Counted from the first letter of the whole stretch, positions 11,682 to 24,396 are shown. The stretch: 63,607 bases of DNA, filler included, from Octopus bimaculoides (GCF_001194135.2; 4 parts of 3 records of this genome joined end to end with filler, not necessarily neighbours in it); one strand, 5' to 3'. Translations and numbers: made by a program. The notes: generated by a model not told the origin, from the letters alone.

Positions 11682-13753
11682 ATATAGCTGAATAAAATAT
11701 TGCGAAGGAAAAAAAGAAAAAATAGTAACTGGAATAAAACATTTATTTCTTTGAATGTACATCAAGTTTAATTCTTAGATCTTTCTTCGCTCATTCCATT
11801 AAAAAATATATCCCATAAAATGTAAAAATGTAATACATTAATTCTAAAAGTAAAGCATACATAGGAATTAGTTGAAGTAGTTAGATGCAAGAAGGCTTTT
11901 AAACGTAGCTGTTGCTTGATGTTTAAACACTGCCACACTTCTTAGATTTCCCGAGACTTTCTCGTTTCCATGCCTACAGTTTCTTTTTTCTTATTTTTGT
12001 GACTTATCACTTGTCTCTCTATTTACTCGCTCAGGAAGTCATAAATCTAATGAAGATGACAGGACAATAAATCAAACAAGAATTATTTAGAGTAAATATT
12101 TCACTACTTGAAATTCAGCTTTGGTAAGTGCCTCATGCACGCCTTAATAAAGGATTAAGGAAACATTTTAGTATATCGGAGCCTACTTACCATATAAGGC
12201 TAAAATATTTTTAGGAGTGTACTTAGTGTCATTTGTAAATTGATATGAATTTTACATAAATACACATGAATACCGGTATTTAAGAAGTTTTTTGTTTACA
12301 TCAGCTATGCGGATGCGTTTATATGTAAAATAAATGTATATTATGTTATATGATTAGAACATTTAAATGTATGGAGCAGAAGCATGATGAAAAAAAAACA
12401 GGAAGAAAATAGGAAGAAAAATTGCAGACAACGAGACAAAGTACAAAAGATTTTTCTGATAGAAATAAGTAAAGTCAAGATGGTAGTCTAAGCACATGAA
12501 TCTAGACGATAGGCAAAAAGTTTTGAGCTGTCTAGTTTTATTCTATGAACAATCGTGTTAAAAAGATGAGATTTCTGTTTATTCAACAGTTTTTAGGTGT
12601 GACCATGTCTGATGCGATTACAGTATTTCAAACATGAACTTTCGTGAAGTTTAAAGTGACATCGCAAATAGAATATTAAGAAAAAGCCAGCGGTTACTTT
12701 TAGAGATTTTGTTCCATGTGACAGGATATTCTACCAACGAACTGATGATGTATTTTATTAATTCGTAAAAGTTAATTTTGTTAAGGACTGGAAAACAAAA
12801 CTAAAAAGAAATACTGAAATAAATATCCCAGTTAAGTTTTGGTCGATTGTCAGTTATTGGCCTAAAGTTTGTCGTTGGTTTTAATGAATTCCATCCTGTA
12901 GCAACCACAGTAGCTATAGTTGCTTGAATTCTTTTAAATGGGGACAGCCTTAACTTGGGAGCATTCGGGTTAAGTGTTATGGACCAAATTCGTTGCCATT
13001 TAATTATTTACATGAAAAAGAACTTGGAATATATCTAAAAAGTGATGTAACAAGGAATTATCCTGTAAATTAAAATATCTCAATAAAAAAAGCTGGAAGC
13101 TAATTCAAAGCAGAAAATTTCTGGAAGAGGTTTAGCAGATATTTTCCCATTATATCCAGCATGCGTTTGAAAATCTTACGGTGCTATTCCAGAAAATATG
13201 GGTCGTGAATTACGCGAATAGTGGTAGGACTTCGTGTCATGCTTAATATTTACAAAAGATATGCCCAGAAAAAATTGCTTCCTAAATACAATTTACCGAA
13301 GATAATCGCTTTCGTGTCTGAGATTCTGGACCGTCTTCGTTTGTATACTAGATTGAATAAATGCACTCACTCCAGAAATCATTTTCTTTATGGAATCCCG
13401 TTCGCACGACTTACTTTTCACAAGACAGACAATAAAGTCACGTAGCAAATTAAAAATGGTTTTTCTCTTCTATTTCTTATATGTATTTCAAACTTTTCTG
13501 ATTTTATAATTCTTCACGAATCAATTCAAATCATTATATGTTTTCTTCCGTCAGTTTTTTTTTTATAATCTTTATTTCACTATTCTATTTCTCTTTATTG
13601 ATTAAATCATTTAATTTATATGGTTACGAAGATATCTGAATAGTTAGAATGTGTAAACATGGATGTTTACATATGCGTTTGTAAGCTGAAGACAATGTAT
13701 ATGTGTAGGCATTAATAAGTACGTACATCCACTACGTATACATACATGTGTGA

Positions 13754-13813
<60 letters not shown>

Positions 13814-13970
13814 ATGTGCGCGCGTGTGTATGCGTGTATGTGTATTTATATCAGCAATTCAAACTGTTACGGGTTCCCTTGATAACGTTTTGTTCAAATT
13901 GATTTCGGATATATCGAATTGGGTGGTATTCTGTACATTGTACCCTTCTATGTATCAAAATATGCTGGCA

Positions 13971-14019
13971 CAATAAAAACAATAAAAACAATAAAAACAA
14001 TAAAAACAATAAAAACAAT
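13971..14019. repeat. (CAATAAAAA)5 minisatellite
   Basis: Read directly from the sequence. Confidence 0.95.
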
Positions 14020-14157
14020 CGTCGTTCCTTTGCGGTGTAGTCATCAAATAAAGATGTGATATTCTCCACTGTTGCTGTTATATTGTGTGTATTTGTATCT
14101 GGATATGTATATACATGAACACACATATACACAAACACACACATAGAGAGAAAGGGT

Positions 14158-14205
<48 letters not shown>

Positions 14206-14224
14206 GAAAGAAAGACAGACAGAC

Positions 14225-14262
<38 letters not shown>

Positions 14263-14918
14263 TTAGCTGGCCAATAAACAAGCCAGCAAACCAGCAAGCA
14301 AGCAAGCAAGCAAGCAAGCCAGCCACCCTGATAGATATGTTGATAGACAGACAAACATACAATCAGATAGACCGGTAGACAGATAAATAGACACAAATGT
14401 GCGAATGTCTGTGAGCATGAATGTGCTCGTTGTGTGTGCATGTATGTGTGTGCATGTGAGTGTGTAAGAAGAAGCAATGCACCTAGCCAAATGTACCAAG
14501 CAAGTCTAAATGACTGGAAATGTTTCGTCGCCTTAGGATTATGGTAAACGGTTTGACAAGTGGAGGGAATTTAACAGAGAATTTAATATCCGATTTTATA
14601 TATAAAAATTCCAAGATTTATGACGACAAAATAAATAGGTGGCGACAAAAAGCAAACACAAGTTATCCATCTGGAATACAAAAGACAACATAAAATTGTA
14701 CGTTGTACAAATACCTACTCGAGATACTTAAGACCTTTGACATGTATAATTAATCTGTGTAATTATTCAACTCCTAATCGCTTGTGCAGTAGGAGTGATT
14801 CAGCTGACCTTTCAAAAGACGTATTCTTCTCATAGTCTTGTGGATTTCTGCTGTGATACTTTGACATGAATAATCTTTTCTACTAAAGGGAATTTCGGAG
14901 AGGGGATCCCGGTGTGTC

Positions 14919-15056
14919 ACTGGCACTTAATTTATCGACTCCGAAAGGCTAAAAGGCAAAATCGACCTCGACTGACTTTGAACTCAGAACGTAAAGATGG
15001 ACGAAATACTGCTAAGCATTTCGCCCGGCGTGCTAACTGTTCTGTCAGCTTGCTGC
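14919..15056 (-). mobile_element. SINE family B, partial
   Basis: atcgactccgaaaggctaaaaggcaaaatcgacctcg...gctaagcatttcgcccggcgtgctaac. Confidence 0.85.
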
Positions 15057-15203
15057 ATAATAATTATGCACATACATAAATAGCAAAATACACGCACACG
15101 TATATATAGAATCAGTCAGCTAAGACATATGTATAGTTACAGAGATACATACATACATACATACATACATACGCACATTCGCAAACTCATAATGTATATA
15201 TAT

Positions 15204-15235
<32 letters not shown>

Positions 15236-15247
15236 ATNNNNNNNNNN

Positions 15248-15456
15248 GTTTCAGTTAACTGCAGCCTTGCTGGGGCACCGCCTCGAAAAGAATTTTCAGC
15301 CTATGTATGGACCCCAGTACTTACTTTTTACAAGCCTAGTACTTACTGTACCGGATTATTTTGCCGAACCGCTAAGTTACGGGGACATAAACACACCAGC
15401 ACCGGTTGTCAAGCGGTGGTGAGAGACAAACACAGACACAAACACCCATACTCATA

Positions 15457-15493
<37 letters not shown>

Positions 15494-15668
15494 ACACATA
15501 CATGCATATATACGACTGGCTTCTTTCAGTTTCTGTCAAACAAATCCATTCACAAGGCTTTGGTCAGTCCAAGGCAATAGTGGAAGACACTAGTCCAAGG
15601 TGGCTCGCAGTCAGACTGAACCGCGAACCATCTGGTTAAGAAGCAAAATTCTTACCACACACCCACAC

Positions 15669-15670
<2 letters not shown>
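15248..15670 (-). mobile_element. SINE family A, full length, with internal (CA)n
   Basis: Matches the other A copies. Confidence 0.9.
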
Positions 15671-15720
<50 letters not shown>

Positions 15721-15837
15721 AGTTTTAATTAATTTTTAAAGCCAAAATAGTGCGAGTTATAAGAAATAACACAAGTCGATTATTATATTTCGTGGTTAGA
15801 TCGTCAGAGATATTGCTTTTGTTTTTTATGAGATGAA

Positions 15838-15886
<49 letters not shown>

Positions 15887-16258
15887 TATGTATGTGTGTG
15901 AATGTATGTATTTATATCAGACATTGATTCATACAACAACAACTCTAATAAGTATGTACATATATGTATGTGTGTGTGTGCGCGCACACAGATATACATG
16001 CATGCATACATACATACCTACATATATACTTGCTTTGGTTGACATATATACATGCAGGTATACAAACATACATATATACATACATACATTCATACCTATA
16101 TGTTACATGTCTTGGTCAGGGAAAGAGTAGGCCATAGCTCAAAAATGTACTCAATAGGTAAAAGATATAGAGTCGATATTACTTTTATTAATGAGATGAT
16201 GCCTTGCAAGTGTAAAATTGCTTCAGTGTATTGAAGCCAATGTTTGGTTGTGTGTTAG

Positions 16259-16300
<42 letters not shown>

Positions 16301-16507
16301 CACATATATGTGTGCGTGCGTGTGCGTGTGCGCATGTGTATGTATGCACGTGTCTGAGCGTGTGTGTGTGTGTGTGTGTGTATGTGTGTGTGTGTATGTG
16401 TGTGTGTGTGTAAGTGTGTGTGTGTAAGTGTGTATCCAAGCTTGGTTCAAATAGCTACATCCACTCCTGTCTCGAAACTGGCTGAGCGTGTCACTGACCG
16501 AAAGAAA

Positions 16508-16902
16508 CGTGTGGCTGTGTGGTAAGAAGCGGCGAGCTGGCAGAATCCTCAGCACGCCGGCTGGAATGCTTAGCGGCATTTCGGCTGCCGTTACGTTCTG
16601 AGTTCAAATTCCGCCGAGGTCGACTTTACCTTTTATCCTTTCGGGGTCGATTAAATAAGTACCAGTTAGGCACTGGGGTGGGGGACGATGTAATCGACTT
16701 ACTCGCTTTGTCTGTCCTTGTTTGTCCCCTTTATGTTTAGCCTCTTATGGGCAATAAAGAAATTAGAAGCTTGCTTGCCAACTACATAGTTCCGGGTTCA
16801 GTCCCAATGTGTTGCACTTTGGGAGAGTCTTCTGCTATATTCTCCGGCCTACCAAAACTTTTCAAGTGGATTTGGTAGACGGAAACTAAAAGAAGCTCAT
16901 CG
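16508..16902 (+). mobile_element. SINE family A head interrupted by a family B insertion
   Basis: gtggctgtgtggtaagaagc | B | agaagcttgcttgccaactacatagttccgggttcagtccc. Confidence 0.9.
16531..16764 (+). mobile_element. SINE family B nested in A, TSD AGAAGC
   Basis: TSD copies at 16525-16530 and 16765-16770. Confidence 0.9.
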
Positions 16903-17720
16903 NNNNNNNNNNNNNNNNNNNNNNNNNNNNNNNNNNNNNNNNNNNNNNNNNNNNNNNNNNNNNNNNNNNNNNNNNNNNNNNNNNNNNNNNNNNNNNNNNN
17001 NNNNNNNNNNNNNNNNNNNNNNNNNNNNNNNNNNNNNNNNNNNNNNNNNNNNNNNNNNNNNNNNNNNNNNNNNNNNNNNNNNNNNNNNNNNNNNNNNNNN
17101 NNNNNNNNNNNNNNNNNNNNNNNNNNNNNNNNNNNNNNNNNNNNNNNNNNNNNNNNNNNNNNNNNNNNNNNNNNNNNNNNNNNNNNNNNNNNNNNNNNNN
17201 NNNNNNNNNNNNNNNNNNNNNNNNNNNNNNNNNNNNNNNNNNNNNNNNNNNNNNNNNNNNNNNNNNNNNNNNNNNNNNNNNNNNNNNNNNNNNNNNNNNN
17301 NNNNNNNNNNNNNNNNNNNNNNNNNNNNNNNNNNNNNNNNNNNNNNNNNNNNNNNNNNNNNNNNNNNNNNNNNNNNNNNNNNNNNNNNNNNNNNNNNNNN
17401 NNNNNNNNNNNNNNNNNNNNNNNNNNNNNNNNNNNNNNNNNNNNNNNNNNNNNNNNNNNNNNNNNNNNNNNNNNNNNNNNNNNNNNNNNNNNNNNNNNNN
17501 NNNNNNNNNNNNNNNNNNNNNNNNNNNNNNNNNNNNNNNNNNNNNNNNNNNNNNNNNNNNNNNNNNNNNNNNNNNNNNNNNNNNNNNNNNNNNNNNNNNN
17601 NNNNNNNNNNNNNNNNNNNNNNNNNNNNNNNNNNNNNNNNNNNNNNNNNNNNNNNNNNNNNNNNNNNNNNNNNNNNNNNNNNNNNNNNNNNNNNNNNNNN
17701 NNNNNNNNNNNNNNNNNNNN

Positions 17721-18260
17721 AATTTTATTTTATGTATAAAGTCTTACAGCTGTTTCAGGGAAAATCCAATGTATCCCTTCATCGGAGACGGTAATAGTAG
17801 AGGAATGGATTATTACATCTATAAGAGGAGATTTGTAGTAAGAAGTGAGAGTGATGCGCAGAAAAAGAACAAAGAAGAAACAGTACTTGGAGTATATTTC
17901 CATTCCAGCAGTAAACATCCATGTAAAGAATCCTTGTGAGTATTTTCCGGAGATAATTGTAGTAGCAAAGGTGGATGTATATCATATCGTATCCAGAGAA
18001 CTCTGTGCGTTGTTTACTCAAAGGATAGCCCGAATCGAGTGTGAGATGTGTGTAGGATGAAGAGGTCAAGCCTTAAGACAGGAAGGAAGGGGGGAAGAAG
18101 TAATTCAAGTGAGAAATATGGTAGATAGTAGTAAGCAGTTTTAAGGTCAGTTATACTGACGAGAAGGAAGGAAGAAAAAGGAGGGGGAACAAAAGGAAGA
18201 AGAAGGGGTGGAAGCATAAGTTTAGTAAATAAATGGAAATGTAGAGAAAAGGAATGTAGG
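17721..18260 (-). mobile_element. Probable Penelope-like element 3' UTR / pseudo-LTR remnant
   Basis: Pyrimidine-rich minus-strand tract ending in a hammerhead; a diverged relative lies at about 56080-56370(+). No clear ORF. Confidence 0.45.
17741..17789 (-). ncRNA. Minimal type I hammerhead ribozyme motif (U4C variant, GUA cleavage triplet)
   Basis: Minus strand reads GTCT CCGATGA AGGGA tacattggattt TCCCT GAAA CAGCTG TA AGAC: helix I 4 bp, helix II 5 bp, palindromic helix III. Confidence 0.75.
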
Positions 18261-18306
18261 GATGTATCTTTAGGGTTTGGTTGACTTCAATACCCTTCAT
18301 AACCTT

Positions 18307-18350
<44 letters not shown>

Positions 18351-18400
18351 TGTGAGTGTGTGTATAATTGTATGTATACAGCTATGTATGTGTGTGCGGC

Positions 18401-18614
18401 TTTGTGTCTCTATTTGTCTCCCCATCACCGCTTAACAACCGGCGCTGTGTTTATGTCTCTGTAAATTAGCATTTCAACTAAAGAGACCGATAGAATAAGT
18501 ACTAGGATTTTAAAAAGTCCTGGGGCCAATTTGCTCGTCTAAAAACCTCCAAGGTGGTGCTCCAGAATGGACGCAGTTAAATGACTGAAACAAGTAAAAA
18601 AATAAAATAAAAGA
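18401..18614 (+). mobile_element. SINE family A, 3' module
   Basis: catcaccgcttaacaaccggcgctg...aagagaccgatagaataagtactagg...aatgactgaaacaagtaaaa. Confidence 0.85.
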
Positions 18615-19029
18615 ATGTGGTTTGGTATTCTTCAGAAATAGGTACAACATCAAAATATCCTGACGTATTTATTTAATTTCCATTATGTTTTGAATGGAGA
18701 TCATATCGAAGTCGACTTCGTGGTTCAATCTTTTAGAATTCGGTGACATATACCTTAGTCAACTACTGATAACAATTTTAATTGGACATTCTATCCCCTA
18801 AAATTCCAACCTTTGTGCTAGTATTAGATATAGTGTTGTGCAAATGAAAATACTGATATTATTGATGCGAATAACCATTTTAAAAGTGTTAATGTTTAGC
18901 CACTTGGTATTCTATTTCTGGAACTCGATGCATATAGAAATACATATATCTAGGTTTAAGAGTGTGTTATCTCATATGGGGACAAAGAAACAATGCATTC
19001 GAAAATTTCGACGCGTATTGTTGCGTTCT

Positions 19030-19185
19030 GTGTGGCTCTGTGGTAAGAAGTTTGCATCCCAATCACATTGCTTTGGGTTCAGTCCCACTGCGTGGAACCT
19101 AGGGGAAGTGTTTTATACTATAGCCACGGGCTGATCAAAGCCTTGTCAATGGATTTGGTAGACGGAAACTAAAAGAATCTCATCG
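19030..19185 (+). mobile_element. SINE family A head
   Basis: gtggctctgtggtaagaag...gggttcagtcccactgcgtgg...gacggaaact. Confidence 0.85.
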
Positions 19186-19533
19186 TGTGCTCACAAACAC
19201 ACGCACATACATACATACATACATACATACATAGTACGTATGTATGTAAGTATGTATAAAATAGTAAATACGAATGGCGTTTATAATTTACAGCTGTTTC
19301 GGTAGAATCTTATTTAATGTAAAAAATTACATCATGAAATATAATCTGCGATCATCAGGTAAAATTTTAAACAAGATTTTAAGCAGTCGACCTGGACATA
19401 GCCAACATTTCTTGGGCTAGTGTGTGTGTGTGTTTGTGTGTGTGTGTGTTTGTGTGTTTGTGTGTGTGTGTTTGTGTGTGTGTGTTTGTGTGTTTGTGTG
19501 TGTGTGTTTGTGTGTGTGTGTTTGTGTGTTTGT

Positions 19534-19584
<51 letters not shown>

Positions 19585-20115
19585 GGGGGATCCTTGTCTT
19601 TGTGTTCGCGTTTGTTCCATAAAAGATAGCGCAATTATTATATTCTGCAATAGTTGATATTTACCCATAATGTCATTAACAGACATCAGCCTGAAACTTT
19701 GTGATATGTTCATATATGGTGCAATGTAACCTTAAACAGACGAGCAAATATCAAAGTTTTCAGTTGTGATAGATGAACAAATGTAGTTAACAGTTTATAG
19801 AAATAGTAGCAATCTAGAAAGTTTCTTTCTAGAGGAATAGATATTTGTTATCTACATTTCATAATTTGCCAGTACTCCGTGAAAGAAAGAATATGTGAAA
19901 TTTAAGATATTTGGTGATGTATAATGGTAGAAGCAGGAATGAAATGTGCAAGATCTGATAAAAGTGGAGGACTATAAACTAAGATTTACTGGATGTGCTA
20001 TGTTTATTTACGTGAAACTGAGCCTAAAAGAGCAACTTAAATTAAAGGTATAGTCTGACCTGTGTAGGAGAGATAACAACAGTGTTATTGAAAATGTGAT
20101 GTGAATAGCGGTGAA

Positions 20116-20393
20116 CAGTGGCGGACTGGGTCTAAAAATATTGGTTACCAGGAGACTAAGGCGGCCACCCGCAACTACAATGCTATGATTTGATTTTTTT
20201 TTTTTTTTCTTAAAGGTACAAACACAGCCAGGCTGAAATAATTAATGCATTCTTCCAGGAGTGAATAAAACATTCTCAAACTTGAGGGGATAGGCCCCTT
20301 AAGATACTAACATGGGCCCCCATATATGGATTCTAATGGCGCAGGGGCCCACTTGCCATCGGGTAAGCTGGCAACCTCGTTAGTCCGCCACTG
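20116..20393. mobile_element. hAT-type non-autonomous element (MITE)
   Basis: Perfect 12-bp TIR CAGTGGCGGACT / AGTCCGCCACTG; 8-bp TSD GCGGTGAA (20108-20115) versus GCGATGAA (20394-20401), 7/8 match. Confidence 0.9.
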
Positions 20394-21329
20394 GCGATGA
20401 AAGTTGACCGAAAGTGTTATGTGCTGACATTACAAGTTAGTGCTGCGTCACATGAACCAGATTATGATGAATGAAGTGATGTGGTAATATGATATACAGC
20501 AAATCGATCCATTCATCCAACACATGCCAGTATAGAAAAACAAACCAGCATGAAAAGAAATAAAGACAAGCATTAAAAAGACAGCGACGAAAAACGATAA
20601 GGAAAAATAAGATGATTAAAACGAAAACAGAGATTAAAATGATTATAATTATCTAACTTTCTGAGGCTCTGTATAAAAATGCCAGAATATTCCTAGCACA
20701 GTGCAATGAAACATGTTAAGTAAATTATTCACACTCCTTTATCTGTTGCCGCTTTGTAGAAAGGTTACTAGGGTGAGAACTATTATTTATTAACACAGTG
20801 CATAGCACTGATTTAATGGAGATAATAAAAATAATGAATAGATTACATAAAATGCAAATAAGGCTAGATACGATAGGTAGGCACGCAATAGGTAGTCCTC
20901 AACAGAAATAGGTTCATAAATATTTTAATAAATGGACATTTGATACTGAAGGTTAAATATCTCGTTATTTGTTTTCACTCTGCTCTCTGCAATTAGCAAC
21001 GTAACAGTAAATAATGATTGTAGAAGGAAAAATCTAAGATGTAATCAACCAACCCTGCTGGATCATTCGATTTTTATTCATAAAACAAACGAGTGACATG
21101 ATAGCTTAAGATCATAGTAAAAAAAAAAATCATTGTATTTGTTTTTATCATCGCCCAAGTTACGTATATTGAGCTGAGATATATATTCATGATATATAAG
21201 AGCTATATCAATAGTGCAGGAGATATACAGGCAATGGCTGTGTGGTTAAGATGTTGGCATTGCTCATATGCCTTTTAGAGTCTGGTCCGCTTGAGTAATA
21301 ATCGAATGAATACGATCGTGAATACAAAC

Positions 21330-21715
21330 GGCGAAAATGGGCTTCTTCCGAAGTGTCTTTGGAGATACTTTATTGTGTGCATAGCCAGAAAATCAAAGAG
21401 GTTTTCTAGGTGGGGCCTCTCCTTCACTGAATTTGGAGATCACAGCACCGATACTACGGAAATGTGGAAAGAATACACCAGGAAAGAATCGATAGACAGA
21501 TTTTACGGGCAAAAGCAACTGACAGGTAACCCAGAGGCAGACCACGAGCAAGTTGTTTGGATATCATCAATGAGCTGCTCGGTCAGTCTCTTTTCGGGTT
21601 CCAGCTGGATCATTTAGAGACGGTTGATTGTGACGGGAGCCAATGGAAGACGGAATAAAGGTCTCTTCCCCCATAACACTTCCAGGAATTAAGCGGGTGA
21701 CAAAGACGAGTGGAC
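21330..21715 (+). mobile_element. Decayed LINE (RTE/L2-like) 3' coding fragment
   Basis: Translates to RYYGNVERIHQERIDRQILRAKATDR*PRGRPRASCLDIINE, resembling the LINE RT C-terminal WYGHV...RPRGRPR..W.D.I motif. Confidence 0.7.
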
Positions 21716-21762
21716 ATTTACTTAGACAAATAATCCCCACCCATAGGTACAGGTACCTGTAT

Positions 21763-21985
21763 ATATTGGTTTCAAATGTTGGTACAAGGCCAGCAATTTC
21801 GGTGGTAGAGGAAACACGATAACATCGATCGCAGTGTTTAACTGGTACTTATTTTATTGACTCTGAAAGGATGAAAGACAAAGCCGACCTCGGCGGCGTT
21901 TGAACTCAGAAGGTAAAGACGAAAGAAATGCCTGGCATGCTAACCATCCTGCCAGCATGCTAACCACCTTGCCAGCTCTTTGCCT
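21763..21985 (-). mobile_element. SINE family B with small internal tandem duplication
   Basis: gcatgctaaccatcctgcca-gcatgctaaccaccttgcca in the head region. Confidence 0.85.
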
Positions 21986-22267
21986 CTAGGTCTGTATATA
22001 TCGATTTCAAATTTTTGCACAATGCCAGTAATATCGGGGTAGGGACTAAGTCCATTACATAGATTAGAGGCTAGGGAATGTGTGCGCCGGGGGACGCACC
22101 CGAACACTTGAAGACTAGAGTGAAGTCAGAGTCATCTTCACCTTGTCTTTGGTGTTTGTGGGAATATTTTGATCAGACCCTCCACACAATTAATTCTTCA
22201 TAACTTTAAGGAAAAATGGATATCTTTTAAAGAAATATATTTTATTCGTATTTTAATTTGGACTCAA

Positions 22268-22517
22268 GAAGTGCAGAGTAATCCCAGAGGATGGTGTAAT
22301 TTTCACCTTCGACGATTGGCTCCGGAGGATGTTCATACCAGAAGGCAGGAACGCCGATTTTGCAGTGTTTACATATTTTCCAATGTCATACCCTATTGAG
22401 GTGATATTTGTATTCGTTTGGTGTCAGCACAGGACATGCCGAAACGAGATGGTCTATTGTTTCCTCAAATGTGTAGCAGAATCTGCATTTAGGGTCAGAA
22501 CCGTTTTTGAAGAACGC
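22268..22517 (-). mobile_element. R4/Dong-like non-LTR fragment (CCHC knuckle to start of REL domain)
   Basis: DPKCRFCYTFEETIDHLVSACPVLTPNEY...HWKICKH...WYEHPPEPIVEGENYTILWDY (CX2CX8HX4C). Confidence 0.85.
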
Positions 22518-22521
22518 TAGC

Positions 22522-22622
<101 letters not shown>

Positions 22623-22666
22623 NNNNNNNNNNNNNNNNNNNNNNNNNNNNNNNNNNNNNNNNNNNN

Positions 22667-22678
22667 TTAATTAATTAA
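22667..22678. other. Artificial scaffold-join spacer TTAATTAATTAA (44N+12+44N = 100 bp); same at 39773-39784 and 60436-60447
   Basis: Identical geometry at three sites; stop codons in all six frames. Confidence 0.9.
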
Positions 22679-22814
22679 NNNNNNNNNNNNNNNNNNNNNN
22701 NNNNNNNNNNNNNNNNNNNNNNTATATATATTTGTATATGTGTATGTGTGTATGGATATGTTTATGTATGCCTATATATGTGTGTATGAATATATGTATA
22801 TGGATGTGTGTGTT

Positions 22815-22878
<64 letters not shown>

Positions 22879-24002
22879 TAGATATTTATATATATGTGTA
22901 TATGTGCACATACGTATCTATGTGTGTATGTATTTATATGTATATTTGGATTTGTATACATGTTGAATAAATAAATGGATAAATTAATAAATTTATGAAT
23001 AAATGAATAAAAATGAGATAATAATTATTTTTTAAAATTTTTAAATTATTAGGTGCATAAGGTTGTTGTAAAATATAGACGATGATCTGAACAACATGTT
23101 TTTCTTGTGATAGTTACCCAAACTTTATAAAGCGATATCATTCTTTAACTTAATTGCATTTGAGGGCAAATTTTGTTGTTAATACTAAATGATTTGTAAG
23201 TTCTTATTGAAATTGAATGGTGTGCAGCTTTAAATTACGATATTAATGTGGATATTTATAATATTTCAATGTATTAATAAATAAATTTAGTATTAAGCAC
23301 CATTATGTATTTGTCTTAAGTGCAAACCATATCACAATATTAGTTGTTAGACTTAAGATATAAGTTTTAATTATGCTATAATCTTTATATGAAATGATTA
23401 TAAGTATATAAATTAAATTTAGTAATAATAGTATACAAATAATTTTATTAAAAGCCCTGTCGTGATTAAAAGCATTTCTATTGTAAGGATGTATTTGCGG
23501 GGTTTTTTTTTCCGTAAGCAATGAATGTATAAATCTATAAACATTGATTAACAATGGTTATTTTCCTTTTATAAACTAAGTAAATTTGTGTTTTTCGCTT
23601 GCTAATTACTAAGAATAATGTTTATATTAGTAAGCTAAAACATTAGAATAATTCTTAAATATAATTACAAATCTTTTTGAATAATTATGAATATCTCTTG
23701 TAGACACTATATTTACTATATATCAAGACGTTACGTTCTTGCGAACTTATGGAAATATAAAACTATTGGCTTACTTTAATTTATTTTCCTTTTTTAAAAC
23801 TAAGTAAGATTTTGATAATTTATTTATTTCTGTATTATCATTTTTCTGTAAGAAATGGTATAGTTTATAATAATCGTAACTTTATACATATGCTTAACAT
23901 GGGCCTATTTAAGAAAAAATACCGAATTAACGAATCGTTGATTAAAAAATGTTTTAATGAATTTCGTATGTGAATAAATTATATCCTTATTTTTTCATAA
24001 TA

Positions 24003-24396
24003 TTGTTGTTGTTGTTTTTGGCACTCCGTCGCTTACGACGTCGAGGGTTCCGGTCGATCCGATCAACGGAACAGCCTGCTCGTGAAATTACCGTGCAAGT
24101 GGCTGAACAATCCACAGACACGTGTACCCTTAACGTAGTTCTCGGGGATATTCAGCGTGACACAGTATGACAAGGCTGGCCCTTTGAATTACAGGCACAA
24201 CAGAAACAGGAAATAAAAGTTAGAGAAAGTTGTGGTAAAAGAGTACAGCAGGGTTCACCACCATCCCCTGCCGGAGCCTCGTGGAGCCTTAGGTGTTTTC
24301 GCTCAATAAACACTCACAACGGCCGGTCTGGGAATCGAAACCGCTATCCTATGACCGCGATTTCGCTGCCCTAACGCTGGACCATTGCGCCTCCAC
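24003..24396 (-). mobile_element. SINE family C, long form, with (CAA)n tail
   Basis: Minus strand: gtggaggcgcaatggtccagcgttagggcagcg...ggtttcgattcccagacc...gacggagtgcc then (aac)n. Confidence 0.85.

Noticed and set aside
12950-13440. Possible L1/Tx1 remnant (KELGIYL); similar weak case at 50400-50650
   Set aside because: Too degenerate to support without a search.
19813-19833. 9-bp inverted repeat TCTAGAAAG-ttt-CTTTCTAGA
   Set aside because: Short and AT-rich; plausible by chance.
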